Origin: Bacteroidales bacterium
GTDB lineage: Bacteria > Bacteroidota > Bacteroidia > Bacteroidales > UBA10428
Assembly (NCBI GenBank): GCA_041737295.1
Contig: JBGSSA010000220.1
Location: forward strand, 32,170-96,169
Reading direction: 5' to 3'
Length of the DNA: 64,000 nt
Part shown: positions 16,845-26,474 of the stretch, one piece after another
Layout: each line of letters opens with the position of its first letter
How positions within the stretch are numbered: position 1 is the first letter of the stretch
The notes under the pieces: generated by a model
The model's database searches: none
What the model saw: the letters and a program-made list of their open reading frames with translations, nothing else
What the model was told of the DNA's origin: nothing
Position numbers and translations under genes: made by a program

Positions 16845-18746
16845 CTATTTCTTAATAATCTTGGTTACTGTATTGCCATTCACTGACAGGATATACATGC
16901 CTTTTGCCAGATTTTCCATATCCAGGTTGACTTTCTGGGCGGAGAAATTCCGGTTATATACACTTTGTCCGGTAAGGTTTACAATGGAGATAGTGCTGTT
17001 GCCTTCGAGGTTATCTACCGTTAATGAATTATTGAATACGGTAGGATATACTCTGATAGCTGAAAGAGTACTCGGCCTAATCGCAGTAGGATTAAGCTTA
17101 TCTTTTAATACGGCAAAACCATAATAATCTGAGAATCCCCAATCACGATTCCAGGGTGCATTCCAGCTGGCGATAATTTCTCTGAAAAAAGGAGAAGCCT
17201 TGTTCGTTGAATCATCTAAAACAAGCATATCCCGGTCTGCCGGATTTACATCAAGCCGGAATATTGCGTCCTTAACCGGCTGAACTGCATGTGCTCCGGG
17301 AACATCGGGGACAATGATTGAGAAAGGAATACGTGCTTCAAAGGTATAACCAACGCCATCTGTAACAACGGTTTTAGTTGTATATCCTTTATCCTGCTGA
17401 TTTTCAACACCGGTTACCCATCCTCCGCCGGTTATGCTATCACTGTAAGCATTCAACTCAGGCCACATGCGAAGCTGGGAAGCATAGGTAAGGGACCACG
17501 GACCTTCAATAACATCAGGCGGGGCGAACAAGGTGAACAATTCAATGTTGTCGCAATAATAAAACTGGGTTTTACCAATAGTGCCGTCATCATTAAGATA
17601 TGTTTGATCCATCACATCACTGTATGGAATAAAAGATTCGTCCGTCACATCAGCAAAGAAATAAAGGTTTTCGGCATCCCATGCCATCTTGAAATCAAAT
17701 CCAAAGTCATCGGAAGGTGTTAATGGCAATAAACCATCCACTGTCCAAGCGTTGGAAACATCATTCAACACGGGGGTAGCTTCAATCAGCGACCAGAAAG
17801 GTTCGTCCGCTTTTCCATCAATTGTAACTGCAGCGCCTTCAGGTACTCCCGGTATGTCGATGGCTTTGAGATCCTGGAGTTTGGCTGTCAGTGTTGCTGA
17901 TCCGTAATAATCTGTGAATCCCCAGTCGCGGTTCCATCGTGAATTCCATGAGAGTATTTCTTCCCTGAAAAAGGGGTCTGCCTTACTTGTTGAATCGTCC
18001 AGAATGAGCATATCCCTGTCAGCAGGGTTTAGATCAAGCTGAAAAGTTGCTCCTTCTACAGGCTGTATGGCATGTGCTCCCGGCACATCAGGTACTACAA
18101 CTGAAAAAGGGATTTTTGCTTCAAATGTATACCCTACGCCATCTGTAACAACCGTTTTGGTCATATACCCCTTTTGCTGTGGATTGTCAACTCCGACTGC
18201 CCAGCCGCCACCGGTAATGCTATCTGCATAGGCTGTCAAATCGGGCCACATGCGCAATTGCGATGCGTAAGTAAGTGACCAGGGACCTTCTATAACGGAG
18301 TCGGGGGCAAACAAGGTAAATAATTCAAGGTTGTCACAATAATAAAACTGAGTAGCAGCAATTGTTCCATCAGCATTCAGGTAAGTTTGATCTTTAACAT
18401 CACTGTAGGGGATAAATGATTCATCCGTCACTTCAGCAAAGAAATAGAAATTGGCATCATCATAGGCCATTTTCCAGTTTACATTATAATCAGAATCAGT
18501 TAAAGAATCCTTCACACAGCGCATACCATCAATAGTCCAGGCGTCAGAAACATCGCGGAGGCAACTCTGGAAAGGGATAAGCTTCCAGAAACCTTCGTCT
18601 GCTTTACCGTCAATTGTAACGGAGACACCCTCAGGCACACCAGGAATATTAACAGACTTGCGTAATGTGTCGTTGCAAACCTGGGAATACCCTGAATTGA
18701 AAACCATTGAAAGCAATGATGCAAATAGTAGAAATTTCCTTTTCAT
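16845..18746 (-). CDS. Double CBM9-like module protein with T9SS C-terminal domain (tandem paralog A)
   Basis: Same architecture as 14803-16698, with high amino-acid and nucleotide similarity along the whole length. It starts 50 nt after the SusD stop. Confidence 0.7.
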   Translation of the reverse strand: MKRKFLLFASLLSMVFNSGYSQVCNDTLRKSVNIPGVPEGVSVTIDGKADEGFWKLIPFQSCLRDVSDAWTIDGMRCVKDSLTDSDYNVNWKMAYDDANFYFFAEVTDESFIPYSDVKDQTYLNADGTIAATQFYYCDNLELFTLFAPDSVIEGPWSLTYASQLRMWPDLTAYADSITGGGWAVGVDNPQQKGYMTKTVVTDGVGYTFEAKIPFSVVVPDVPGAHAIQPVEGATFQLDLNPADRDMLILDDSTSKADPFFREEILSWNSRWNRDWGFTDYYGSATLTAKLQDLKAIDIPGVPEGAAVTIDGKADEPFWSLIEATPVLNDVSNAWTVDGLLPLTPSDDFGFDFKMAWDAENLYFFADVTDESFIPYSDVMDQTYLNDDGTIGKTQFYYCDNIELFTLFAPPDVIEGPWSLTYASQLRMWPELNAYSDSITGGGWVTGVENQQDKGYTTKTVVTDGVGYTFEARIPFSIIVPDVPGAHAVQPVKDAIFRLDVNPADRDMLVLDDSTNKASPFFREIIASWNAPWNRDWGFSDYYGFAVLKDKLNPTAIRPSTLSAIRVYPTVFNNSLTVDNLEGNSTISIVNLTGQSVYNRNFSAQKVNLDMENLAKGMYILSVNGNTVTKIIKK

Positions 18747-18796
18747 AATAATTGGTTTTAGTGAATAATAAATAAGAGCTGATATTCATATAAATA

Positions 18797-20464
18797 TTAA
18801 TACCCTGGAGCTTGCTCACAAAGCGGATTAGCGGCAATTTCGCGATTAGGAACCGGCCAGCAGGCTGCCCTGGACGTATAGGTGCGTCCGGTTAGCCTGC
18901 ACTCCTCTTCGGCTATGTCCCACCGAACCATATCAAACCACCGTACCTGTTCACCGATGAATTCTTTTCGTTTTTCGGCTCTCAAATAGGTTCTGAAATC
19001 CTGGGGACTGCCTGAAGAATAATCGTAGGGTGATACTTCATCCTCGTAATATCCGTATGCGCGGCGGGTAACCTTATTCAACAATTGTATCGCCTTGTTT
19101 ATATCACCACCGCCTTCTATAAGGGCTTCGGCATATAAAAAGTAAACTTCAGCCACCCTGAGAACTACCTGATTTTCATCGCCCACATCGGTTGCCATGC
19201 CCTGTGCGTTGTTGGCATCCCTGAGATGGTTAATGTATTTTTTTGGTGAATTTTCTGTTTTGTTACTGTATTTGTAGGGAGCCATTTTGTTTGGCAGTCC
19301 GTCTTTGTAAAGCATCACGGAATCCCTGCAAACAATTGTTTTACCATGGAAAATGATAGTATCGGCATAGTTTGGGGAATTAACTTCCGCATCATAAAAA
19401 TGAAATCGGGATTCCACTTTCCTGATATCATATTTTTTGAAATCAAAGAAAAGCGTGTCCCTGACGCTTACATTACCGCGACCCATATCCGGACCTCCGC
19501 TGTAAATCTGAAAGTGAGATCCTGTACCCCCGCCCTGCCATGGGTTGGTAGTCACCAGATCCCCAAACTGAACTTCAAACAAGGATTCACAGGAGTTTTC
19601 AAATTCACCACCGTGGAAATTATCTCCATAATAGGCCAGTAATCCTTTGTAGTTCATACTTGCAGCACCAACATCACAATAGTTTTGTGTGAATTCTTCA
19701 AATTGTGTGATCGCTTCCGCATATTTCTTTTCAAAAACAAGCGTTTTTCCAAGCATTGCCAGGGCCGAAGGTTTAGTGGGCCTTCCCAGCTCTGTATCAG
19801 GTAAATCGATCGGATCAGGAAGCAGGGATTTTGCCCTGGCAAAATCACTTTCAATGAGAGCATACACTTCAGAGGGTTTTGACCGGGCCTTCTTAATTGC
19901 ATCCCTGGTGTCAACAACCTCGGTGTGGACTACCACGCCCCACTGATCATCTCCATCAAAAGGACGTCCCCATACGTGCAGCAAATAAAAATAAGACAGT
20001 CCCCGCATAAAATAAGCACTCCCCAGAATTCTGTCCTTTTCATCTGCCGGCATATCATCAATGGTGCCCGCATTTGTTTCTATAATGGAAATAATACGGT
20101 TGGAAGAACTTATGGTGCTGTAAAAGGCCGAGTATAACCATCCGATAAACGGATTCACCGGTGACGGGTTGAGGTTCCACATTTCAAAATGATAGGGTCC
20201 CTCATTTACGGGTTCCTTAAACTCATACTCGCCGGCGCAATGGGATAAAAACAGGGGCCAGAAGTAGTTGTAACTTCCCGCATAATTATTAAACATGCCG
20301 ATGTCCAGTTTCCTTACACCTTCCGGATTGTTAATGTCATCCGTTGTTTGCATGTTCAATTGTTCAACCTGAAGAAAATCCTCGCAGCTTACACACAGGA
20401 CGAAGGCTGTTACTGCAGCGATCTTACATAATTTGGAATATATCGTTCTCATGTTTTGATTCAT
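18797..20464 (-). CDS. SusD/RagB family nutrient-binding outer-membrane lipoprotein
   Basis: Lipoprotein signal ...AFVLCVSCEDF. It lies immediately downstream of SusC. The size (555 aa), the C-terminal ...RWFDMVRW... and the ending ...NPLCEQAPGY are typical of the SusD family. Confidence 0.9.
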   Translation of the reverse strand: MNQNMRTIYSKLCKIAAVTAFVLCVSCEDFLQVEQLNMQTTDDINNPEGVRKLDIGMFNNYAGSYNYFWPLFLSHCAGEYEFKEPVNEGPYHFEMWNLNPSPVNPFIGWLYSAFYSTISSSNRIISIIETNAGTIDDMPADEKDRILGSAYFMRGLSYFYLLHVWGRPFDGDDQWGVVVHTEVVDTRDAIKKARSKPSEVYALIESDFARAKSLLPDPIDLPDTELGRPTKPSALAMLGKTLVFEKKYAEAITQFEEFTQNYCDVGAASMNYKGLLAYYGDNFHGGEFENSCESLFEVQFGDLVTTNPWQGGGTGSHFQIYSGGPDMGRGNVSVRDTLFFDFKKYDIRKVESRFHFYDAEVNSPNYADTIIFHGKTIVCRDSVMLYKDGLPNKMAPYKYSNKTENSPKKYINHLRDANNAQGMATDVGDENQVVLRVAEVYFLYAEALIEGGGDINKAIQLLNKVTRRAYGYYEDEVSPYDYSSGSPQDFRTYLRAEKRKEFIGEQVRWFDMVRWDIAEEECRLTGRTYTSRAACWPVPNREIAANPLCEQAPGY

Positions 20465-20478
20465 TTTTATATGTAATG

Positions 20479-23400
20479 TTAGAAAGTAACCTGGGCACCG
20501 ATCATATAGGTTTTTGACTGGGGATAAATCCCGTTATCAAGAACCCTTTCTGTGTTTTTACCGCCGCCAATTTCCGGGTCCATGCCACTGTAATGCGTGA
20601 AAGTCAACAAATTCTGACCACTTAAATATATCCTTAAACGATTGATCCCAATTTTCTTCATCAATTCCTGCGGTAATGTATATCCGATGACCACGTTCTT
20701 CAGACGCATATAAGAACCGTCTTCCACAAAGTAAGAACTTGAGGTGGTGAGGTTTTTATTTGGATCCCCATAAGCAAGACGGGGCATTGTGGTGGAAGGA
20801 TTATCAGGAGTCCAGCGACCGCTGATTTTATTAGTAAAACTATAATCGCCGTAAGTGTTTTCATAAACACGTTTGGAAAGATTAAAGATTTCACTCCCCT
20901 TAACTCCCTGAATAAAGATCGTCATATCAAAACCCTTGTATTCCGCCGAGAGATTCACACCGTATACAAATTTCGGCCATGGATCGCCAAGCAGGGCCAG
21001 GTCGCTTTTATTGATAATACTGTCACCATTCAGATCACGGTATATCAGGTCACCCGGTGCGGTGTTTTTCGTGCTGTTATATTGTGCCCTGTTTTTAATT
21101 TTTTTCGCCTTGATCAGCCTTTGAACAATGGCCGCAGTATCTTCTGAAGTAGCCTGCCAGATGCCATCCACTATATACCCCTGGTATGAACTCATCGGAA
21201 GTCCGGGTGCTGTATAAAACTGGTTGAGTTCCCCTGCCGTAATAGTCTTATCGGCATTCAGTGATTCCACCTTATTCCTGTTGAATGATAAATTACCTCC
21301 AATGCTGTATGTAAAGTCGCCCTTGCTGCCCCTGAATCTTGCCTGGAGATCCAGTCCCTTGTTACTTACAGAACCCAGGTTTATCAGAGCACTGGCATCA
21401 TTGCCAAGACCTGCTGAGTTGGGCAGATCCACGGGAATCAGCATATCCTTGGTGTTCTTAATATAGTAATCTGCGTTAATTTCGAGCCGGTTGTTAAACA
21501 GCAACAGGTTAAAACCGGCATTTGTAGTGTAAACAGATTCCCATTGCAGCTCTTCATTGGCAAATACGTTGGGATTCATTCCCAGGCGAAGGCTGGAAAT
21601 ATCGTAGTTATTTCCAAGCACATAATAAATCTGCTGAGTTCTCAAAGTGGCCAGGTAGGGATAATTATTTTCGAATGAAGCATTGCCCACTACTCCATAT
21701 CCGACATGTAATTTAAGATCGGCATATTGAGCGAGTCCCGACATAAATGGTTCCTTGGTTAACCGCCATGCAGCCGATGCAGATGGAAACACACCTATCT
21801 TATTACCCCGGGCAAATTTTGATGTGCCATCTGCCCGAATGTTGAAGGTAAACAGGTATTTATCGGAGAAATTATAGGAAACCCTGCCAAATTCGGAGAT
21901 CCAACGGACCATATCACCCCGGTTGCCTTCCAGTGTGCGAAGTGTGGGATCTGTGTTTGTAAAGGTGATCTTTCCATTTTCAATATCCTCCCCGGCCATA
22001 TTATAATCATTGCCCGGTTCCTCATCAATCATTTCAAACCCGGCCATGGCTGTAATGCTGTGCATGCCAATCTTGAAATTGTAGGTCAGTACGGAGTTAC
22101 CCACGTACGAATCCCTTAACTTAAGGTTATGCTCCAGGCGGTCTTTATCCCTTGTGATATAGAGAAAGTCGTATCGTGAAAGATATAACGATCTGTCTTC
22201 AAAGCTGAAATTCCCTCCGAATGATGTTCTCCAGGTTAAGCCTTTGAAAGGTTTGATTTCCATATAAAGTGTCCCAACTACCCGGTATGTACGCTCTATC
22301 CGTGACTCCACATCTTCAATCCCAACAGGGTTAACATTTTGGAATCCATATTCACCAGTGAGCTGACCATAGTGTGTATAACTATGAGTTAACGTTTCAT
22401 CCATAACCTGCATAAAGGGATTTACCCGAAGCATGGTCTCATCACTCATTGCCTTCGGATCAGATTTAGTATAAGAGAGATTCAGCGAGTTACCTACACT
22501 CAGCCACTTTGAAATTTCATTATCGGTATTGAAATTCAGCGTAACCCTTTCATACGATGTTTTATAATAGGTACCTTCCTGTTTCAGATAGGCAATGGAG
22601 GAGTAAACCCGGGAAACTTTATTACCTCCTGAAAAATCCAAGGTATAATTCTGAAGAGAACCATTATGAAACAATTCCTTCATCCAGTCTGTACTTACGG
22701 GCAGCAGTGTATCAGGGTTTTGTGCAATTTTATGATATACCAGTGAATTTTTAAATCCGCCATTGATAAAACTTTCATCCTTGTATTTGGCATAATCATA
22801 TGAGTTAATCAGATCTGGCAAGCCCATGGGTGAGGTTATTCCCTGGTAGGTTGAAAAATTGATGAGTGGTTTTCCTTCCTTTCCCCTGCGAGTGGTTACC
22901 AGGATAACCCCGTTGGCACCCCGTGCTCCATAAATGGCAGCTGAAGATGCATCCTTCAGGATCTCGATGGATTCAATATCTGATTGATCATATTGTCCTG
23001 AAATAGGTACCCCATCTACAACCCATAAGGGATCAGTTCCATTCACCGAGCCGGGTCCGCGTACATAAATACTGGCATTCTCTCCCGGCTTGCCGCTTTT
23101 CTGCGTTACAAATACGCCCGATGCCCGACCTTGTATGGCCTGGTCAAGTGAAGTAACCGACAGCTTGTTCATTTCTTTTACATCCACTGTGGCAACCGCG
23201 CTGGTCAAATCACTCTTCCTTGTTGTTCCGTATCCAACCACAACTACCTCATCCAACTCCTCGATCTTCTCAACAAGCGTCATATCAATGAAAGACCTGC
23301 CGGCCACACCAACTTCTTCCGTCAGAAATCCAATAAAACTGAATACAAGAATTGCATCTCCGCCGGATACTGTAAGGGAATATCTCCCGTTCACGTCTGT

Positions 23401-23613
23401 CACCGTACCATTCAGTGTTCCCTTCTCCAAAATGTTTACTCCGGGAAGCGGCTGATCGTCGGTGGCCGATTTGACCACACCCTTGATGAGCAATTCCTGG
23501 GATGCCGCGGTATTTGCCTTTGCGGGTCCGTCGGCATGTACACTCATACTGGCTGGGAATAATAGATTGAGACTAAACAGAATTAACAGAACTGATCGTA
23601 ATAATCTTTTCAT
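20479..23613 (-). CDS. SusC-type TonB-dependent outer-membrane transporter
   Basis: Signal peptide, a carboxypeptidase-regulatory-like domain (IKGVVKSATDDQPLPGVNILEKGTLNGTVTDVNGRYSL), a plug (VVVGYGTTRKSDLTSAV; ILKDASSAAIYGARGANGVILVTTRRGK) and the C-terminal beta-barrel ending ...YMIGAQVTF. Confidence 0.9.
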   Translation of the reverse strand: MKRLLRSVLLILFSLNLLFPASMSVHADGPAKANTAASQELLIKGVVKSATDDQPLPGVNILEKGTLNGTVTDVNGRYSLTVSGGDAILVFSFIGFLTEEVGVAGRSFIDMTLVEKIEELDEVVVVGYGTTRKSDLTSAVATVDVKEMNKLSVTSLDQAIQGRASGVFVTQKSGKPGENASIYVRGPGSVNGTDPLWVVDGVPISGQYDQSDIESIEILKDASSAAIYGARGANGVILVTTRRGKEGKPLINFSTYQGITSPMGLPDLINSYDYAKYKDESFINGGFKNSLVYHKIAQNPDTLLPVSTDWMKELFHNGSLQNYTLDFSGGNKVSRVYSSIAYLKQEGTYYKTSYERVTLNFNTDNEISKWLSVGNSLNLSYTKSDPKAMSDETMLRVNPFMQVMDETLTHSYTHYGQLTGEYGFQNVNPVGIEDVESRIERTYRVVGTLYMEIKPFKGLTWRTSFGGNFSFEDRSLYLSRYDFLYITRDKDRLEHNLKLRDSYVGNSVLTYNFKIGMHSITAMAGFEMIDEEPGNDYNMAGEDIENGKITFTNTDPTLRTLEGNRGDMVRWISEFGRVSYNFSDKYLFTFNIRADGTSKFARGNKIGVFPSASAAWRLTKEPFMSGLAQYADLKLHVGYGVVGNASFENNYPYLATLRTQQIYYVLGNNYDISSLRLGMNPNVFANEELQWESVYTTNAGFNLLLFNNRLEINADYYIKNTKDMLIPVDLPNSAGLGNDASALINLGSVSNKGLDLQARFRGSKGDFTYSIGGNLSFNRNKVESLNADKTITAGELNQFYTAPGLPMSSYQGYIVDGIWQATSEDTAAIVQRLIKAKKIKNRAQYNSTKNTAPGDLIYRDLNGDSIINKSDLALLGDPWPKFVYGVNLSAEYKGFDMTIFIQGVKGSEIFNLSKRVYENTYGDYSFTNKISGRWTPDNPSTTMPRLAYGDPNKNLTTSSSYFVEDGSYMRLKNVVIGYTLPQELMKKIGINRLRIYLSGQNLLTFTHYSGMDPEIGGGKNTERVLDNGIYPQSKTYMIGAQVTF

Positions 23614-23657
23614 AGAATTAGGGTTAATAATTTATAGATCCGATTTCTTTACTCTTT

Positions 23658-23665
23658 CAAAACTA
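23658..23665 (-). promoter_or_regulatory. Candidate Bacteroidota -7 promoter box for the susC-susD operon
   Basis: The minus strand reads TAGTTTTG, matching the TAnnTTTG consensus, about 45 nt upstream of the susC ATG at 23613. I found no clear -33 TTTG. Confidence 0.3.
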
Positions 23666-23783
23666 ATATTTAGCATCAGGAGTGGTTGTAATTAATGTTT
23701 CAGATATAGGGTTCATATGTTCCATGAATATAATCTATTGATTATTAGAAGTATAAAATGAATAACGAATGATATTTTGGTGT

Positions 23784-26039
23784 TTATTCCTTTACAGGTT
23801 GGCTGCCCATGTAGAAAATCAGGCTTCCTCCGTCATAAATTTCCTTATGGGTTATGTAACGCCTTTTCAGTAATTTGCCGTTTAACTCGACTTTTTGTAC
23901 AAAATGATTTTCTCCGGATAAATCCATAGCAACAACTTCAAATGGTATCTTTCCGGTTTGCAAAACTGCCCTGCCGATGACCGGTGTTCCCAGATCATAA
24001 TTGCCCGAAGCAGGGTTCACGGGATAAAAACCCAACGCGCTGAAAACGTACCACGCAGACATTTGTCCGCAATCCTCATTGCCACAAAGTCCATCAGGAG
24101 TGTCCTTATATAGTGTTGTCATTATATTTCTTAACCAATACTGCGATTTCCAGGCCTGATGAGTATAATTAAAAAGGTACGCCACCTGGTGACTTGGCTC
24201 ATTGCCATGAGCATATTCACCGATGAGCCCTGTAACATCAAGAGGTTTAGGATCACCGGTTGATGTTTTTTGGGAGAAAAGCTCATCGAGTTTTTTGCAA
24301 AATGCTTCCGGGCTTCCATACAAGGAGATGAGACCAGGCATGTCGTGGGGTACAAAGAAAGAATACTGCCATGAATTGCCCTCAATAAAATCAGAAGGTC
24401 CATAGGACGAAAAGGCCGGATCGAAAGGGCGACGGGGTTTGCCATCCGATGACCTTCCGTTCATGAGATTATACTGCGGGTCAAACAAATTTTTATAAGA
24501 TTGCGACCTCCTGATGAAGTAATGATAGTCTTCTTCTTTTCCCAATTCATTAGCTATCTGAGCAATACACCAATCATCAAAGGCATATTCAAGGGTTTTT
24601 GAAACGGATTTGTTATCCTTGTCAAAAGGAATATAGTTGTATTGCTTAAGATATTCTATCCCAAAATCATTCTGCATCGCACTTTTTTTCATCGCTGGAT
24701 AAAGTTGTTCCATATCGATGCCTGATAAACCTTTTAAATAAGCATCCGTAATAACGGGAATGGCATGGTAGCCTATCATGCAATTTGTTTCGCTTTCCCA
24801 TAAAGGCCATACCGGAAGCAATCCCGATTGTTCGTATTGATTCAGCATAGACTGGATCATATCGGGCACACGCTGTGGATGCATAATTGTATTAAGCGGA
24901 TTGGCTGCGCGGAATGTATCCCACAGGGAAAAAACAGTATAATTGGTATGTCCGTCAGCATGGTGAATTTTTTTGTCAATTCCCCTGTACCGGCCGTCCA
25001 CATCTGAAAAGGTATATGGAGCGATCATTGAATGATAAAGGGCCGTATAAAAAATTGTTCTTACTGATTCAGGCGCGTCCTCAATGATTATCTTTTCCAG
25101 CTCATTTTTCCAGGTATTTTTTGCTGCAGAAACCGTTTGATCAAATTCCCAGCCTTGGATCTCTTCCGAGAGATTTTTCAGGGCACCTTCAACGTCAACT
25201 GCGGATATTCCCACCTTAACCATAACCTGCTCACCTTCATGCGTGGAATATTTCACGTATGCCTTTAAATTCTGACCGGCTGCCTGCAAGTCTTTCTCCT
25301 GAAAAACATCATCCTTTACAATTCCCCTGGCAGAAAATGGTTTTGAAAAGGCTGCAGCAAAGAATATTACCTGGTCTGTAAAATCTTTCTCATTGCCTTC
25401 GCCCCAACCTCTTGACCGCCTGTATCCAGTGATCAGGCTGTCATTAACAAAGGTCAGTCCGGATTCTGTTACAGAATCCGTATCATACCCATGAAACAGA
25501 TCCAGGATAATATTTGCTTCTTCTGTTTCAGGAAAGGTGTAGCGATGAAATCCCCCATGTATTGTAGATGTAAGTTCTGCCTTTATATTATAGTCCTTTA
25601 AAAATACTGAATAGTAACCCGCACTTGCCACTTCATCGGCATGGCTGAACCTTGACCGGTAACCCTCATCCGGATTTTCACGTGAACCCGGATTCATCTG
25701 CAGTTTACCTGTTGTTGGCATGATCAGCACATCCAGCAGGTCCCCCCGACCTGTGCCCGACAGATGGGTATGGCTGAAGCCCATGATTGAACTGTCACTG
25801 TAATGGTAACCTGAACACCAGTCCCAACCTTTGGTATAGGTATCCGGACTAAGCTGTACCATGCCAAAGGGCAGTGTTGCGCCCGGAAATGTATGGCCAT
25901 GCCCGGCGGTACCGATTATTGGATTTACATAATCATATGGACGCTTCCTTTCACTTATCTTCTGTTTTGACTGACCGCAACCGAAAAAAAACACAAATAC
26001 GATCAGAAACAAGCCTGGTAATTTATTACTGGTAATCAT
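23784..26039 (-). CDS. GH92 alpha-mannosidase, lipoprotein
   Basis: The internal ATG at 26039 gives MITSNKLPGLFLIVFVFFFGCGQ (lipobox). GH92 blocks: VNPIIGTAGHGHTFPGATLPFGMVQLSPDT, GFSHTHLSGTG, NEDCGQMSAWYVFSALGFYPV. Confidence 0.85.
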   Translation of the reverse strand: MITSNKLPGLFLIVFVFFFGCGQSKQKISERKRPYDYVNPIIGTAGHGHTFPGATLPFGMVQLSPDTYTKGWDWCSGYHYSDSSIMGFSHTHLSGTGRGDLLDVLIMPTTGKLQMNPGSRENPDEGYRSRFSHADEVASAGYYSVFLKDYNIKAELTSTIHGGFHRYTFPETEEANIILDLFHGYDTDSVTESGLTFVNDSLITGYRRSRGWGEGNEKDFTDQVIFFAAAFSKPFSARGIVKDDVFQEKDLQAAGQNLKAYVKYSTHEGEQVMVKVGISAVDVEGALKNLSEEIQGWEFDQTVSAAKNTWKNELEKIIIEDAPESVRTIFYTALYHSMIAPYTFSDVDGRYRGIDKKIHHADGHTNYTVFSLWDTFRAANPLNTIMHPQRVPDMIQSMLNQYEQSGLLPVWPLWESETNCMIGYHAIPVITDAYLKGLSGIDMEQLYPAMKKSAMQNDFGIEYLKQYNYIPFDKDNKSVSKTLEYAFDDWCIAQIANELGKEEDYHYFIRRSQSYKNLFDPQYNLMNGRSSDGKPRRPFDPAFSSYGPSDFIEGNSWQYSFFVPHDMPGLISLYGSPEAFCKKLDELFSQKTSTGDPKPLDVTGLIGEYAHGNEPSHQVAYLFNYTHQAWKSQYWLRNIMTTLYKDTPDGLCGNEDCGQMSAWYVFSALGFYPVNPASGNYDLGTPVIGRAVLQTGKIPFEVVAMDLSGENHFVQKVELNGKLLKRRYITHKEIYDGGSLIFYMGSQPVKE

Positions 26040-26139
26040 GGCTATTGGAATATGATGTTTAGCCAATAAATATAAAGGGTTTAAAAGAAGCGAAAGAGGC
26101 TGAAAATGAAGTTGTATCATTCCCGCCCGCTTTTTGAAT

Positions 26140-26147
26140 CAAACTTA
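26140..26147 (-). promoter_or_regulatory. Candidate -7 promoter box for the GH92 gene
   Basis: The minus strand reads TAAGTTTG (TAnnTTTG), about 100 nt upstream of the ATG at 26039, in the divergent region shared with the HTCS gene. Confidence 0.25.
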
Positions 26148-26474
26148 AACTATTGACTGTAAACAGGCATGTCTATATCAGATGTATCATTCTAACCTGC
26201 AAAATAGTTCAAATGGATGCCATCATGATTTTATTTGGTAATAATTTTGATTTTTTAAAATTGAAAGTAAATAGTTAAAGCATGAAGGTGATTAAGCGTG
26301 TTTTCAAAAAGGGGATTACTCATCATTATATATTATTGGAAATATCTTTGGCCCTTATATTAATTGTGCTGCTTCTGTTGCTGATATTTCTTTAAAGTTT
26401 TCGCAAGCTTTGGATGCTTTATTACAGCAAGAATGTAAATTGCACGTAAATTAGTGAACTTGTCATTTCAAAAA

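Noticed and set aside
26040-26120. N-terminal extensions offered by the ORF track: GH92 from 26120, 11281 for the CBM9-like gene, 6586, 46729, and TTG/GTG starts at 3046, 34865, 39555, 56959, 62891 and 26454.
   Set aside because: Internal ATGs give proper signal, lipoprotein or Tat leaders and remove overlaps with neighbouring genes. The extensions add non-signal residues. Start choices remain predictions.
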